Part shown: positions 36,180-48,980 of the stretch, in pieces
Position numbering within the stretch: the stretch's first letter is position 1
Layout: the number at the start of each line of letters is the position of its first letter
Assembly (NCBI GenBank): GCA_965644295.1
Contig: CBFFRP010000069.1
Span: forward strand, 62,001-126,000
Direction of reading: 5' to 3'
DNA: 64,000 bases
DNA from: Paraphysomonas bandaiensis
Taxonomy: Eukaryota; Protista; Chrysophyceae
Position numbers and translations under genes: made by a program
Notes under the pieces: generated by a model
What the model saw: only the letters and a program-made list of their open reading frames with translations
The model's database searches: none
Told to the model about the DNA's origin: nothing

Positions 36180-38127
36180 TCCAATACCCCAGATGCCCTT
36201 GAGGTGTGCCCATTCCCGGATACCTGTGTATTCGTCAAGGCCCAAAGACGCTCACGCCTACATCAGTGACACTTATTGCGGATGAATGGAAGAACGGTAC
36301 AACAAAAATACTGCGATTAGAGACACCCTTCAGCGACGTGCCTGGACTTGGCCCGTATGCATACGAGCTCATGGGAGCAGCAATGGCGCTTATACTGTCT
36401 GCGCGACTCCCATCACACATACCGATAAATACGGACTGTAAGGCCGTATGCATACGCACACACGAAGCACTCTCCGCCAGACGTCGGGCACTGGGGCATC
36501 GTGCCAAAGGTGTACTGCTCGAAAGCATTGCAGCAAATAACGATTGCAAAAGGACAGTAGCCTGGGTCCGATCACACCCCGAACGACGCACCTCTGATGA
36601 GTCTGAATGGACATATGAAGACAAAGGAATTTACATTGCCGACGCAGTAGCAGGAGGGGACTGGCTTGAGGTAGATCGACTACTCGGACGACAAAATTAC
36701 ACTGTCTGTAACATGGAAGTGGACCAAGCCATCGAAAGAATACTCACCGAGGGTTTATGGCACTGGCGCCTAACTGGGGAACGACGGCCGTATCGCACTA
36801 GCCCCCTGCTCACGGATTTCCAATCCCTCCGTAATCAACGGACGCTGGAGGCATATACAGCTCTCCGAGACCAACGCTACGGTCACAATCCCGACCGGGC
36901 TCCTGGATACTGGAAAGACAGCGGAGCACTACTTCCGCGCAAACTGGCGCAAGCAGATGGTGGACCATCAAAGGACAAAGTGAGCTCCCACCTGCGCCAA
37001 AGAGTACTAAATGCAGCACTGACATGGGACAAATCATTCAGCATAGGAAGAAACCGGGCGAAAACCAAACACGGACTCGACATGGCTAAAGCCGTATGCT
37101 CTGACTGCGGATTTAGACTAGACTCACTCAAGCATATGTGTCTAGACTGCACAAACGACACCATAACGCAGATAAGGGAGTCTGCATTTCACAGCCACAA
37201 AAACGCGCTCCTAGAAGAAATGAGGAATCCGGAATTACCCCAATGGACCACCACTGTACTCCAGCGAATCTCCAGCAGGGCCTGGAACCCTTCCGTGCCA
37301 CAGGTGGAGAGATTCTGGACGGGTACCATCACAATGACACAGCTTGAAATGGTTTTCGGAGATCACATCCATGAATCACTGTCATCCCAAGGACTGCGCA
37401 GCATCGAATCAGCGATCATCAAATTACTGCTACCGCTGTTCGCTGCAGCAAAGCTCATGATCCAAGATCGCGGAAGAAGATACGTGACCCTACGGAAAGG
37501 CCCCCCAAGGCTACTACCGCGGCCGAGTCCAAACCACAGACAGAAACGGAAACGCCCAAGGGTGCTAAGATTACTAGGAATCCACAGGCGAACCGAGACT
37601 GGAACACCGCCCACCGTACCTCTGAACCCTACCAACCATACACAGAGGACCATAGCAACGGACCGTATGAAACCAACAGGCCCTAGACAAAGGCGACGAC
37701 GTCTCCGGCAACTCCACCTATGCCCAACGCCCAAACGGTGCATGGCGACACCGCCACATTCCACCACACCATCAACCTCTCAGTCCACACATCTAGTGCT
37801 CGGTACACTCAGGACCTTAATACAGAACCCGGTACCTCAGAGTCAGGCGGAACCGTATCCCAAGGGGAGACCCCCGGACAACACGCGCCAGTGAGTCCTC
37901 AGACACACGAGCAGGGCGAATTCACACACAAACATCAAGAACGGAAGTGGTTGCACCTTGGTGCTTGCGGCGACGCACAAGCAGCTTCTGTAGCGTTAAA
38001 TAGTAGGATAATAGAATTTGCGCTGATTAGTTATGGGTAGAGGTCTAACTAGTAGACTAGTATTCAACTAGCCGCTATATCGGAACGGGTTTTTAACGCC
38101 TATTGCTAAATAAAAAGACATTCAATA
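36180..38127 (+). mobile_element. 5'-truncated non-LTR retrotransposon: RNase H, CCHC zinc knuckle and 3' UTR (ORF 36206-37894)
   Basis: RNase H motifs YELMG, NTDCK, WVRSH, GIYIADAVA; CSDCG..DSLKHMCLDC knuckle; higher GC than flanks; ends GACATTCAA then (TA)n. No RT domain within the copy. Confidence 0.85.
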
Positions 38128-38881
38128 TATATATATAATATATGACACTTATTGGTGTCCCTTGTACCATACAAGCATTTGGCTATGAATGGACAGAAAA
38201 TTATCTGCTGACTATATATGCGGCTCACGTTAGTTTCCTGTGGAAAAGTCTCAAGTCTCAGTGCTTGGTTGTTGAATATTGCGATATTGAGCAATTAAAA
38301 GCTACATTTTCTGGTATTCGAAATATGACAGTGAGTTGAAGAACACAGTATTTGGCAACTATAGTACATGGGTTAATTTAATTATAAAACAAGACATGAT
38401 ATGAATAGTGCTAGCTGTTAGACAAACTGAAATACTTTCACTGATGTGTGGCTTTATGAGATATATAGGGTTGACTGGTGAACAGTGAACATATGATAAA
38501 CTGAGAACAGATGCTCACCAAATATTACATGAATACGTTGTGAAGTTGTTGAGATTAATAACTATAATTCTTACTTGAAAGTACGTTGTGTGAAACAAAG
38601 CAAGGTCAAGGTTTACGTGAAGAGCAAGGTTAACTTCTGCGTAATGTCCAATTCTAACATTACATATGGAGGAAGATCCCATCCTAAAAGATGAAGTTGC
38701 AACGGTTTGAGGTTAATAGGTCACCTAAAGTACGTTTACACCACAAAGGTTCAGTAGGATCATTAAACTGTCATGTTTCGACGCACACCCACAGAGACGG
38801 TTCTCGATTACATAGCTAAAAGACGAGTCACGAAATATGACTACAACGCACATACTAAAATCGAATCAAAGAAATGCAGTT

Positions 38882-39949
38882 TTACTTCTTCAATCCGAAT
38901 CCAAAAAAATTAAATCGTGACTTAGGTTGTTCAGTTCTCGATAAACAGTAATCGCCAAGAGAAACATACTCTGGTGTCAACCGGAAACTATTGAAAGCAG
39001 TCTCGATACATGCGTATGCGGACTGCTTTACAGCATCGAATATTTTACTATGTGGACTCGGGAGGTTAATACAGATTTCTTTTCTCACTGAACTCTCCAC
39101 AGATACCTCAAGTGCAGCACCTTCAATAACAAAGTACCGGTATATATCCCATGCCATATCCTTGTAATTTTCGTCACTAGGTAAGAGCCCTTCAAAATGA
39201 GTAATCATTTGGAAACACAACACATTTTCACTCGAAACAACACTCACACAATACTGTAAAAACCTTTCATATAGTAATCCACACGACAGAACTTCAGTGA
39301 GGCTAAACGAAGGATTATTCGCAAGTTCCTCTTTCGTGTATTTGTCATGAATATTGAGGGTTGGTAAAGGTACTGTAAGGCTTTCGGCAGGGGGTGTATT
39401 AATCAGTGATGTCTTACGAGCAACCATTTCTCCGTATAAATTTGATTTCAAAAATCGCGGAATTATATCTCGCTTCACAGTCGTAACTGGTTCCCGAATA
39501 GACTCACCAAATACATGAGGACCGTATAAGTCAACACGCTTAACTCGCTCAGCAGTACGGTTTAACACACCAGTCGACAAACACACTTCAGAGGGAGCAT
39601 CACTTGAAATGAAAGTAGAATATATATCATCAATCTTCTTTTGTACCTTATCTAATGATACAATACAAGATGGCCATTGAAAAGGTATATCCTCACCCTC
39701 TTTACATGCTAGTTCCTCATCTATAATCTTCCAGTTACTCTTCCATGATCCTAAATCATGTAAAAATAAATCTGTATATTCTACACATGCAATAATATAT
39801 TCCATATTCTCTGCATTAAATTCTGATGTAGAGAATTTCAATATATACCCAGTGCATATGGGATCATCTAAGAAGTTTTGAACACATACAAAATCTTTTT
39901 CAGCAGAACTATAAGAAGCATTCTTTGAACGTAAAGAATTATCATTCAT
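38882..39949 (-). CDS. Tandem RGS-domain protein
   Basis: Two RGS repeats: FSTSEFNAENMEY..IYSTFISSDAPSEVCL..RFLKSNLY and FLQYC..SSENVLCF..IYRYFVIEGAALEVSV..FRLTPEY. Confidence 0.88.
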   Translation of the reverse strand: MNDNSLRSKNASYSSAEKDFVCVQNFLDDPICTGYILKFSTSEFNAENMEYIIACVEYTDLFLHDLGSWKSNWKIIDEELACKEGEDIPFQWPSCIVSLDKVQKKIDDIYSTFISSDAPSEVCLSTGVLNRTAERVKRVDLYGPHVFGESIREPVTTVKRDIIPRFLKSNLYGEMVARKTSLINTPPAESLTVPLPTLNIHDKYTKEELANNPSFSLTEVLSCGLLYERFLQYCVSVVSSENVLCFQMITHFEGLLPSDENYKDMAWDIYRYFVIEGAALEVSVESSVRKEICINLPSPHSKIFDAVKQSAYACIETAFNSFRLTPEYVSLGDYCLSRTEQPKSRFNFFGFGLKK

Positions 39950-40527
39950 TATGTTTTTTATTCTATTATTTCTTTATTTTGACATGTTGTTACTTTGATT
40001 GTGATTATGGATAGTTTAGTAGGAGTGTGTCTGATGTATGGGAGTGGTATGGTAATGTGCATATGAGGGTTGAGGGTACAGAGATTGTGAAGTATGATGA
40101 CAGGATCATATCATCAACACATTCAGAAGGGTTGGGGTCGTGTGGATTATAATCCTCACCACCAGCAGTTAACTCACATATCATGCATCCTCTGTGTTTT
40201 TTTTTGTATAGGAGTGTGTGTAGGAGATTTTCTGGTGTAGTATTTTAAGCCACTATTGTTGTGAAAAGCCGTATTGAGAAATCAAAAAATAGGGATTTCG
40301 GGGATGAAGTACAGTGCATGATACTTTTGCTCTGAGCATATTATACTGCTGTAGGGTCATATCACAGGCGGTAGTTTATGTATTTTGTAGCATATCTTGA
40401 ATAGTCATCCTCGAATTCATTGTAGCTAGCCAGAGTCCGGCCCGTCGTGTTCTAATAGTTTGCTTTGACTGTTAATCGCACTAGTTTAAAGATATATTCA
40501 TAGAATCTTCGTACTAGCTTTATAGTA

Positions 40528-41880
40528 ATGATAGTAGTGTCTAGTTGGTCAAAGACAATGCCCCCATCAAGTTCATATTTGGGCGTCTTCTTTTTGTTAT
40601 TGAGTTTATCAGGAGGAGCAGCCCCATCACCAATACACGATGTCTCCCCTGTCGAACTCATTCCTCGCTCCCTGTCAAGTGCGCGCTGTCCTCTAGTGTA
40701 TGTATTCATTCAGAGTGAATTCCGCTGTGCTAAAATGATAATGCAAGAATATCTTATTTACTCTCTTCAAAACACATTGCGCATGCAGCCGGAATGTGAG
40801 GTTATCTTTGCGAGCAATTTTGGAGAATGTGGCTTCGTTTATAGCAGAATTCAAAATACTCCATCTCTACATGGTTTGACTCTTTTTGATATATCATCAA
40901 AATCATCGAACAAAACAAGTATGTTTCGTAATGCCTCGAAGAGTTTGTTCATGAGTGATTATGGTGGCGAGTTATGGATGAATTCAGCGGTCCGCTTTTT
41001 CGTTATTGAAGATGTGATGCGTTACTATGGTTACCATTCTGTTCTTCATGTCGAGGCAGACAATATGCTATATGGATCCATAAATAGCATATGGTCAACT
41101 CTACAGTTGAATTACACATCCATGACAGCAACTAGATTGACGGTACATCCCCTTATTTGCATGTTAATTCTTTTAACGTGAGACTTGTAGCCCGGTCTAT
41201 TCGTGACTGCTTCAGTATTGTGGGTACCCCGTTTAGAAACATTAACAATGCTCAACGACTACCTGATTGACCTTGCATTGGGAGATAGAAATGGGACTTG
41301 GAATGGATATATCCAACACTTGAGAGTGAACAACTGCATCACCACAAGGGGTAATGGGATAGAGGGTCACTCTGGATCACCCATAAAGCCGTTTTGCGTA
41401 AATGAGATGAGTATGTTGGCATACTTTGATTACCTTTTTCCTGGTAACTTTTCATATCTCCCGCTCATGCCTACGTTGGATTTCAAGCCTGCACAGCAGC
41501 AGAGAGCTGACCACGCTCTGGGTGGCTCTAAAACACGGGGACCAATTGGCGTTGGCATATGGGATAGCGGGTCGTGGGGACAGCACCTTGGAGGCACACA
41601 TGGAAAACACGGCCGAGATGCTGGTCGCTTCGTGGATATGGGCCATGTAATATCCGTGGCACTAACACAATTTCAGTGTGTTGTTCATATGCTCTGCGGT
41701 AATCGAACGGTGCTAGAGGGACGGATGTATAACGGTGAGCCGATGCCGGATGATTACAAGTACTGCTTTACAGCTCCATTCGTGCGATGTCAGTCTTCTG
41801 CCCAATGGACGCCACTCTGGAACTTACATGTACATAGTAAGAATAATCACAAGTATATGAGCGAGCTCTGTCAATGCTAA
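40528..41880 (+). CDS. Secreted or membrane-anchored protein, possible glycosyltransferase-like fold, 2 exons (intron about 41142-41190)
   Basis: Hydrophobic N-terminal signal; RFFVIEDVM, HVEADNMLY (DxD-like), NEMSML, WDSGSWGQHLGG, WNLHVHSK. Confidence 0.6.
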
Positions 41881-42119
41881 ATTTTATGTTTATTGGCTTC
41901 GATATACTTGAACTTTTTTCCTTAATCTATACTTGAATTTATAATTATGATAATTTGAGGAACACACACTATATTACTATTGCTGATGAATGTATATCAT
42001 AGTTCTACAAGGCAGTGTGGCGTGCTTTTTGTAGAACAGTGCCATACTGTACAAATGAAATTGTTGACCAAATATGAAGAATACTTTATGTTGATATTCA
42101 GAATCCACGTATCATGTGC

Positions 42120-43000
42120 TTAAAATGGCGGAGGTTGTAAGGGGAGAAGAGGTGCCTGAGTGTGATCAGGGGAGTAGACGCTACTACTTAGTATAGGGTA
42201 TTAAAAAGATTCGCAACAAGCCGGGAAAAAATACTTTGCGGCTTCTAGTTTAACATCCTGAATCATAGATAAGAGAAAAAAGGACTATACTATGAAACGA
42301 TAAATAAAATGACAACAACGATTCAGGCATTTGTAGAAATATAGCATATTCACTTTTGCATATACCCAAACACAAATCTATAGCTCGATTTTTGGTTGCA
42401 AGCTCACATAGCGCTGATTTCAAACTGGAAATTTCTGTGATGTAGTCCCAGTCCGATGCTAGACGAACGCTATCTTCCGCTTGTGATTGAAACTTCTGAT
42501 CAACCTGTTATTAGCTGCACGGTAAAAATACAATGTATATATTTTTAATTCATCGGTAAAAGCACGGGAATTGAAGGTGGTATGCATATTCATACCCGAG
42601 TCAAAGCTCCGTATTCGCTTTTTCCTGTCGCAATAGCGCCTTTAAAATCACTTAGTGCACGCTCTCGAAGCAACGCAACTTGTTTTAAGAAAATTACCTG
42701 TAGTTGCCAATTAACTGTTCGCTCTAATTCCTCAGTCTAAAATCAAATTAAATATATATTAATTTAGACACCTAACCATCTCGTCATTGATAGCTTCTCG
42801 TCATCCTTGTTATCACCATCTGGTAATGGAGCTTCGGTGGAAAACCTTTCCAATGCCTATTAAAGCTCTAAAAGTAACTATTGAATAGAGAGTGTACAAA
42901 TCATGTACAGAATTACAAATTTGTTCAGCCTGCGCACCAAATTTGGGAATACTTTCTCCACTGTCGACAGTATTCTTGAGAGGGATCAATTGTTTACTTC
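42120..43000 (-). pseudogene. Multi-exon helical-protein gene or pseudogene, not in the ORF track
   Basis: GT-AG-bounded segments translate to SIPKFGAQAEQI, ALERFSTEAPLP, LQVIFLKQVALLRERALSDFK and SDWDYITEISSLKSAL; frame continuity and start are unclear. Confidence 0.4.
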
Positions 43001-44804
43001 AGATATCACAATGTCATGACAGAAAGCCTTACACGGATATAAAAATGATATGTAATAGTCATCAATAGAACGACAATACTACCGATTAGCATATTGATTT
43101 GTGTAAGTTCTTGACACACCACACGGAAGGGACACGGCAAATACACACAAAAAATAACTATAAGCCTTTTCATTACACACAACACTCACGCAATATAATA
43201 TCAAAATACTGACTTGTTCAATGGTCGTGGGTATTGCGTCTGACTGGTGTTACGATCGATGTTACAGTGATGTACGACACTAGTCCAGGCTGTCATATAT
43301 AAACATTCCTTACAACTAATCAAAACGTTCTAATAATTAATACTATATTTTGATTAGACAACTTGAACTGTAATGGTTTTTGTTAAAGATAAGTGCGTAT
43401 ATTTGGCTGTATATTTTGAAGAGAGCCGAAGTGGGAAAAATGATTCTCTGCTGTGCTGCAGTATCTATTCATAGTGCAGTAGTATAGTATCTTTAGATAG
43501 ATATCTGCATCACGTTGATTCTCTGCTAGCTGCTAGAATGACTGATATTACTAGAACTGCTTCTAATGGTACCGCTGAGTGTCTGGTGGGTGTAGGGGCC
43601 AATCATAAACTAAGTATCCCCACCCCTCCACTGGACTCTCGTCTATTTTAACCTGAACAAGAATGTATTTGATAGCAGTGCGAGTTATAAGATGACCCAG
43701 ACGACGTCTTCTCCTCTCATGAAGAATTTGACAATTCCTATTGGTGAGAATGTAAAGTATGAAGTATTGCATGTTGTATACGTTGTGTGCACTCATTAAT
43801 TGGTTATCACATGGTGTTATCCTGTTTGAGTAGAAAATCATCGTGTAGTCACCCTCATAACTTAGTATTATTAGCCAAAATTGAATGAAATTAACTTTTT
43901 GTTAGATGCATTTTAAACATTACACAATACACATATATAATTAGTATTCTATTTTTGCTAGGAGCGCGAATCTAAAAGGCACTGTGTAATGGAGTGCAAT
44001 AAGCACGTATGACTCGATGCAGCAACTTTACTCAAGTTGAGAGGAGAGAATGCTATAATACGTACTTAAAGAGTGAGAATAGCGTGAACAGTGTAAACAT
44101 GCAAAGATGCCGTTGTTAGGCACGTTTTAGTGCTGTCAAGACTGGACGTCACGATATTTAAACTTTAATGAATGAACGTTGAGATTGCTCCATTCTGGGC
44201 GCGTACTTAAGTAGATCCGGGTGGGTACCTAACTAATACTTGATTAAGCCCCATAATATGTTTCTTGGTAGCTACCTACTGAACTCAACTAGCTACATCC
44301 ATTATCACACGGTAATAAGCGCTGAATATGCAGTGAGAATCCGGGTGGGGAACCGCTGAATTAAGCAATGTGTACATAGGTAGAGGTGCGCGGTCGCAAC
44401 ACTTAGCCGCACCCACTGTTAGTGATTAGTTACGCTGTCAATATCATGGGGAAGAACTTACTATATAATATACCTACAGTAATAAAGTAGTAAAAATTAT
44501 AATCAGTATAACGTATCAGTCATTGTCATTAACTCATTTTATATCTATATTATTGAACCTTCTTTTGTCAAGATTTTTTCGGTCACTTTTTTTGATATTT
44601 GAGTCTAACTATCTCATGGCCTATCATAATATTCATATAACACTGTCTCTGACTTCTGTATTATTCAAGTAACAGTTATAGTTCTACAAACCTTGACGTA
44701 TGCTAGGTCTTAAGTGTCAGTCATGGAATCAAGAAGTAGACAGCAGGTGTATATCAAAATATGGTTACAGAAGTATGTCGACATTGTAATTTCTTAGCTT
44801 ACGT

Positions 44805-46036
44805 TCATATATATCGTGAATGAAGAAAAAAACGGTCCGCAACGAGAACGTCGATCATCAACACAAAGAGAACTAATCCAAGAGCGTGTAGTGTTAACAG
44901 TAGATATCGATAAGGGTAGAGATATGACAGCTCCGAAGCGTTACCACTACTCGGCGGTGTCATAAACCCCAAATCGGGCAGTCCTACAAAGTTACATATC
45001 ATATGACTTGTAATTGGCGAGATAATGTTTCCAGTCTTTAAAAGCAGATAAGAGGCAATTGCACCGAATATGGATGTGTAGGTCATTTGCACCAAAGTGC
45101 TCACCACTGCACTAGCTACTGACATCTTCATGACAACTATCTTCTCTAGAAGATGGTGCACATGAGCGACAGCGAACCAAGCAGGAGCAAGACAGCATAC
45201 CACAGGTATGATAGTGCTGTCTAGTGATGTCCCCGCAAGAGCACTACGGGACGTAAGGATACCGTTGATCAAGAGGCCACGGAAAACCACTTCTTCCGTC
45301 ACAGGAGCAAATATGAGATTTCTAAACTCAACATAGAATATCAAAACAAAAGTACACTCACTTTCTACGCACATTACCTAAACAGTATGATGCTACTGCA
45401 AGAGGCCAGATAACTGCACATCTATTACACACAGGAGGCAAATAGCTTCGCATACCCTCACCCAGAGATGGTGGCAACCAACACATTAGCTAATGACTCC
45501 GACTGAGGTCGCTTAGTTAGAACACCTCTCCATGATACTAGATATTTACTTTTTGTAATAAATAGGGTAATATTAACTACCAGTGGCCCTAAACAAAATT
45601 CATAGATTTACTTCTAGTAAACTAGATATCATAATCCCACCTAAATAAAAAATGGCCATCAATATAACAGTTACAACAACAGATGCCAGCGCGGTGTCAT
45701 ATCTGACTCCGATTGATTCCAAAAATGTTAATTCTGGGAGCTGCTCATTTCAAAATAGGAGAAAACAGTTCTCTAATAACATACCTTAATATCGTAGTGT
45801 GCAGTCCACAGGAGTGCGAGTATAGTAGCTGTAGATGACGCTAGAATTCTATAATATACCTAACCACAAACATAGACATCGTCAGGTCGAATTAAATCAT
45901 GATCCCAGCACAGTTCCAGCATTACATGTAACGGTTCATCTCGAGGCAATGAGCGTACGCGGAGTGGTATAGCATATAGCGACAACACATATACTGAAGA
46001 GACGGAAAGTGAATACCAATCAATAAAATGCCACAT
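44805..46036 (-). CDS. RCE1: CAAX prenyl protease 2 (Rce1/CPBP family), multi-exon
   Basis: RNLIFAPVTEEVVFRG, FAVAHVHH, SHMICNFVGLP; upstream exon YVLSLY..RDEP. Start approximate. Confidence 0.88.
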
Positions 46037-46758
46037 TACTGCTTCTGTTGCAATGGCTATATACTAATAATGTTTATATTCAGTGCAGTGCTTGTTTTGA
46101 GATGCTTTAACGGCTGCAGTCAACACACAACAAGAAGTAGCAGAGTTTGCTGAGGTGGAATTTTATATATGATTTCTAAATTTCCGGGATTTTCGACATA
46201 AATCGCATTTATGGTGAATTTTCACATACTGTATAACACAATTTTCAATATCGATTTTCCGTCGGGTTTGTGGTGAATAAATCGCTTGTTTTCATCGCAA
46301 AATCTTTTAAGATATTCTTGCAGCTGTCGATGAACTCTTACGAATTCATATACAATACAAGAGTAAGTTCCTTCTACACATAGATTGGAAAGAGTGTGAT
46401 CCCGCTAAAATATGTAGCTATATCTAAATCTTGTTAGAAGTTGTAGGAAGCAGATAAAATCCCTGTGGTCCATAGAATCAACAAACTATTGATCGAACGA
46501 TATGATCTTTCGAGGATCGAACACAGTTCATGAAGAAGATTCAATTAGAATTGTAGGTAAAGTCTATGGACTCTATGCTGAGCCAAGATATCTGAGTATG
46601 CATCACTCGAGCAAAACGGAATATCCAAGAACAGAGAAGCGATCATCTAGAACTCTTGAAGCCAATGCATTTATTTTCTACATTTGAACTATGTTACAAT
46701 GCCTTTACTTTTGTTCTGATATGTTATCCCATTTACAAGAAGCAGGTATTACTACTGA

Positions 46759-47543
46759 GCAGGGATAGGGAACAATGTATTGTATTGCAATACATTGTAC
46801 AATATATTGCAAAATATATTGATTGGTGGACTGGTCAAATATTCCATCAATAGTGTTTTTGTTAAAAGAGCTCACAATACTATTGCAATATATTGCAATC
46901 AATATTATGATAGTCATATAAGAGAAGATTCTCAACTGTAGGGTGCAAAATGGATATAAATAACCGAGAAATTGATTATAACATTACAAAGGATAATGAA
47001 GCTGATGTTGACTATGCGACTAAAAATCTTCAGTCAGCTCAAAAAATTAAGAAACGTACAAGTCCACGAGTCATTAACGGTTGCCTGGCCCTGGTATGTA
47101 CTTCCAATACATGGGAACGTCTGTTCAGCACAGCTAAACATATTACATCAGTGTGCGCAAAAGTATCCATCCTACTTAATATGCTGTTGTTTCTGAAAGC
47201 TATTCGACAGTTATGGCCGGATACTAGCATACTTCAATTATTTCTGTGGATGAATATGGTGATGTTGACGTCACCGATGATGGCTCAGATGATGAGGACG
47301 AGGTGGATTTTTAGTAGCTATAAGCTATAAGCTGCAGTTGGTTTGGTTGTCATGTGAACTTAATGACTAATACTAAAAATGAAATCTACGGATGTGCTTA
47401 CCTAGTGATTAGTCATACTAATATATTACAATACATTGACAGTATATTGTAATTGTATTGTTTGGCCTGTTTAAAATCTCCATCAATACTATTGATGGAA
47501 CTATCTAACAATAGTATTGCAATATATTGTTCCCTATCCCTGC
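46759..47543 (+). mobile_element. Non-autonomous hAT element with dimerization-domain relic
   Basis: TIRs (G)CAGGGATAGGGAACAAT, flanking direct repeat CTACTGA, internal TSNTWERLFS..LLFLK, many CAATATATTG subterminal repeats. Confidence 0.88.
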
Positions 47544-47954
47544 CTACTGACTCTTACATTGTAGCATTGTAGTTATCTATTCTCTATTCCTTCGTACTAT
47601 TGTTATTTGATCAAGCTTTGAGTGATAGGAGAGGAAAAATACGAACATAAAATTAAATGAAAGAGAAAGATTAATACCCTTGCATAGAAATTTCGTCATA
47701 AATTATAAACCACACCACTACTACATTCACCAACAACATACCACAACATTTTAAGGCCATCACAACTCAATTCTTCTATATAAACCACTCATAATATAAT
47801 ACTCTTTAAAGGTACATATTATTCTACTAACATTCACCATAATATTTGGAGGGTGAAGCAGTACGATAAACTATATGTACCACGAGAACATTGCCACTCG
47901 AAACATATGGACAGGCATTCGGTGGTAACAATGGTTACATATTCAATTCACCAT

Positions 47955-48980
47955 CTATGGAAACGCTTCATAATAAGAGTTCACGAAGGAATCAAAAGGA
48001 TTGTGATGGAGTGGTGCAGAACGAGTATCATAGCAGAAGGAATGGTCCAGTGTATCCGAGATAGCGCCGTTATCACCGTACGTGTCCAGCACCAGAGGAC
48101 AGTTCCCCCTGTCAATGTCCAGCATATGCATATCTCCCTGAATCTTCCCAAGGGGTGATTCTCGGCGTCTGCTGCAGCTATCCGATGACTCAAATCCACA
48201 CTCACTATCATCACTGCCATAGTAATACAATAAAACACTTGATATATTACAGTGCTGCACAGTAGGCACCTGCTGTCGAGTACATCTCTATCTGAGGGTG
48301 GTGAGATATGTCGGTGCTCCATCCATTCAAAATTTTCCCATTCCATCGTACCGATATCAGTAGATATCTTGCTGACTGACGGGGCAGCTGTAGGGTGGAC
48401 CTCTGTCCGAAGTTCAGGTTCAGTTGAACTCATAATCGAGCTGAAAAGGTATTCGTACAATTTGTCGTCCGATGAAGGCACGGAATGAGGGACAGACGAC
48501 GAAGAAGCATGATGAGTAAGAGGCGCAGTAGTGGTACTACTTAAGTGGCTCTGAAATGACTTCAGAACAGCAGGAATTCCGCTGTTGGTTTGGCTAGACG
48601 ACACGGGCAACTGCTACTCAGCAATACATATCATAAGTAAAACATATCGTAGCCCTATGTAAATACTAACCTTTTTAATTGCCCTCTTTGGTGAAGTAGC
48701 GGGTGCTTTGGGTACTGTTGAGTTACCTTTCTGAAGCTTAAGAAAATACTTCTGTGCATGAGTTCGTATCTGAACCACAGATCTCGTCTTCACTAGAAGC
48801 GATATATTCTTCCAACCCTTCCCGTATATCTCTAATCCTTTCAGGAATAAAGCATGTTCTTCTGGTGTCCATCGACCTGTAATAACATATAAATAGATTA
48901 TATATATATATATATAAATGGCGATAAGGGTCACTCTTTCTACCTGTATTCTCTTCACCGGTGTTTGTTTTTTCAACCAT
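47955..48980 (-). CDS. Single-repeat MYB (SHAQKYF class) transcription factor, multi-exon
   Basis: ENTG|RWTPEEHALFLKGLEIYGKGWKNISLLVKTRSVVQIRTHAQKYF; 3' exon assignment approximate. Confidence 0.9.

Noticed and set aside
37720-38040. Overlapping 106-aa ORF, with a counterpart at 58869-59141
   Set aside because: It is an alternative frame of the LINE 3' end, and the two copies differ by a frameshift.
44352-44368. ACCGCTGAATTAAGCA resembling the 5' end of LSU rRNA
   Set aside because: The match is only about 16 nt and the flanks do not continue as rRNA.
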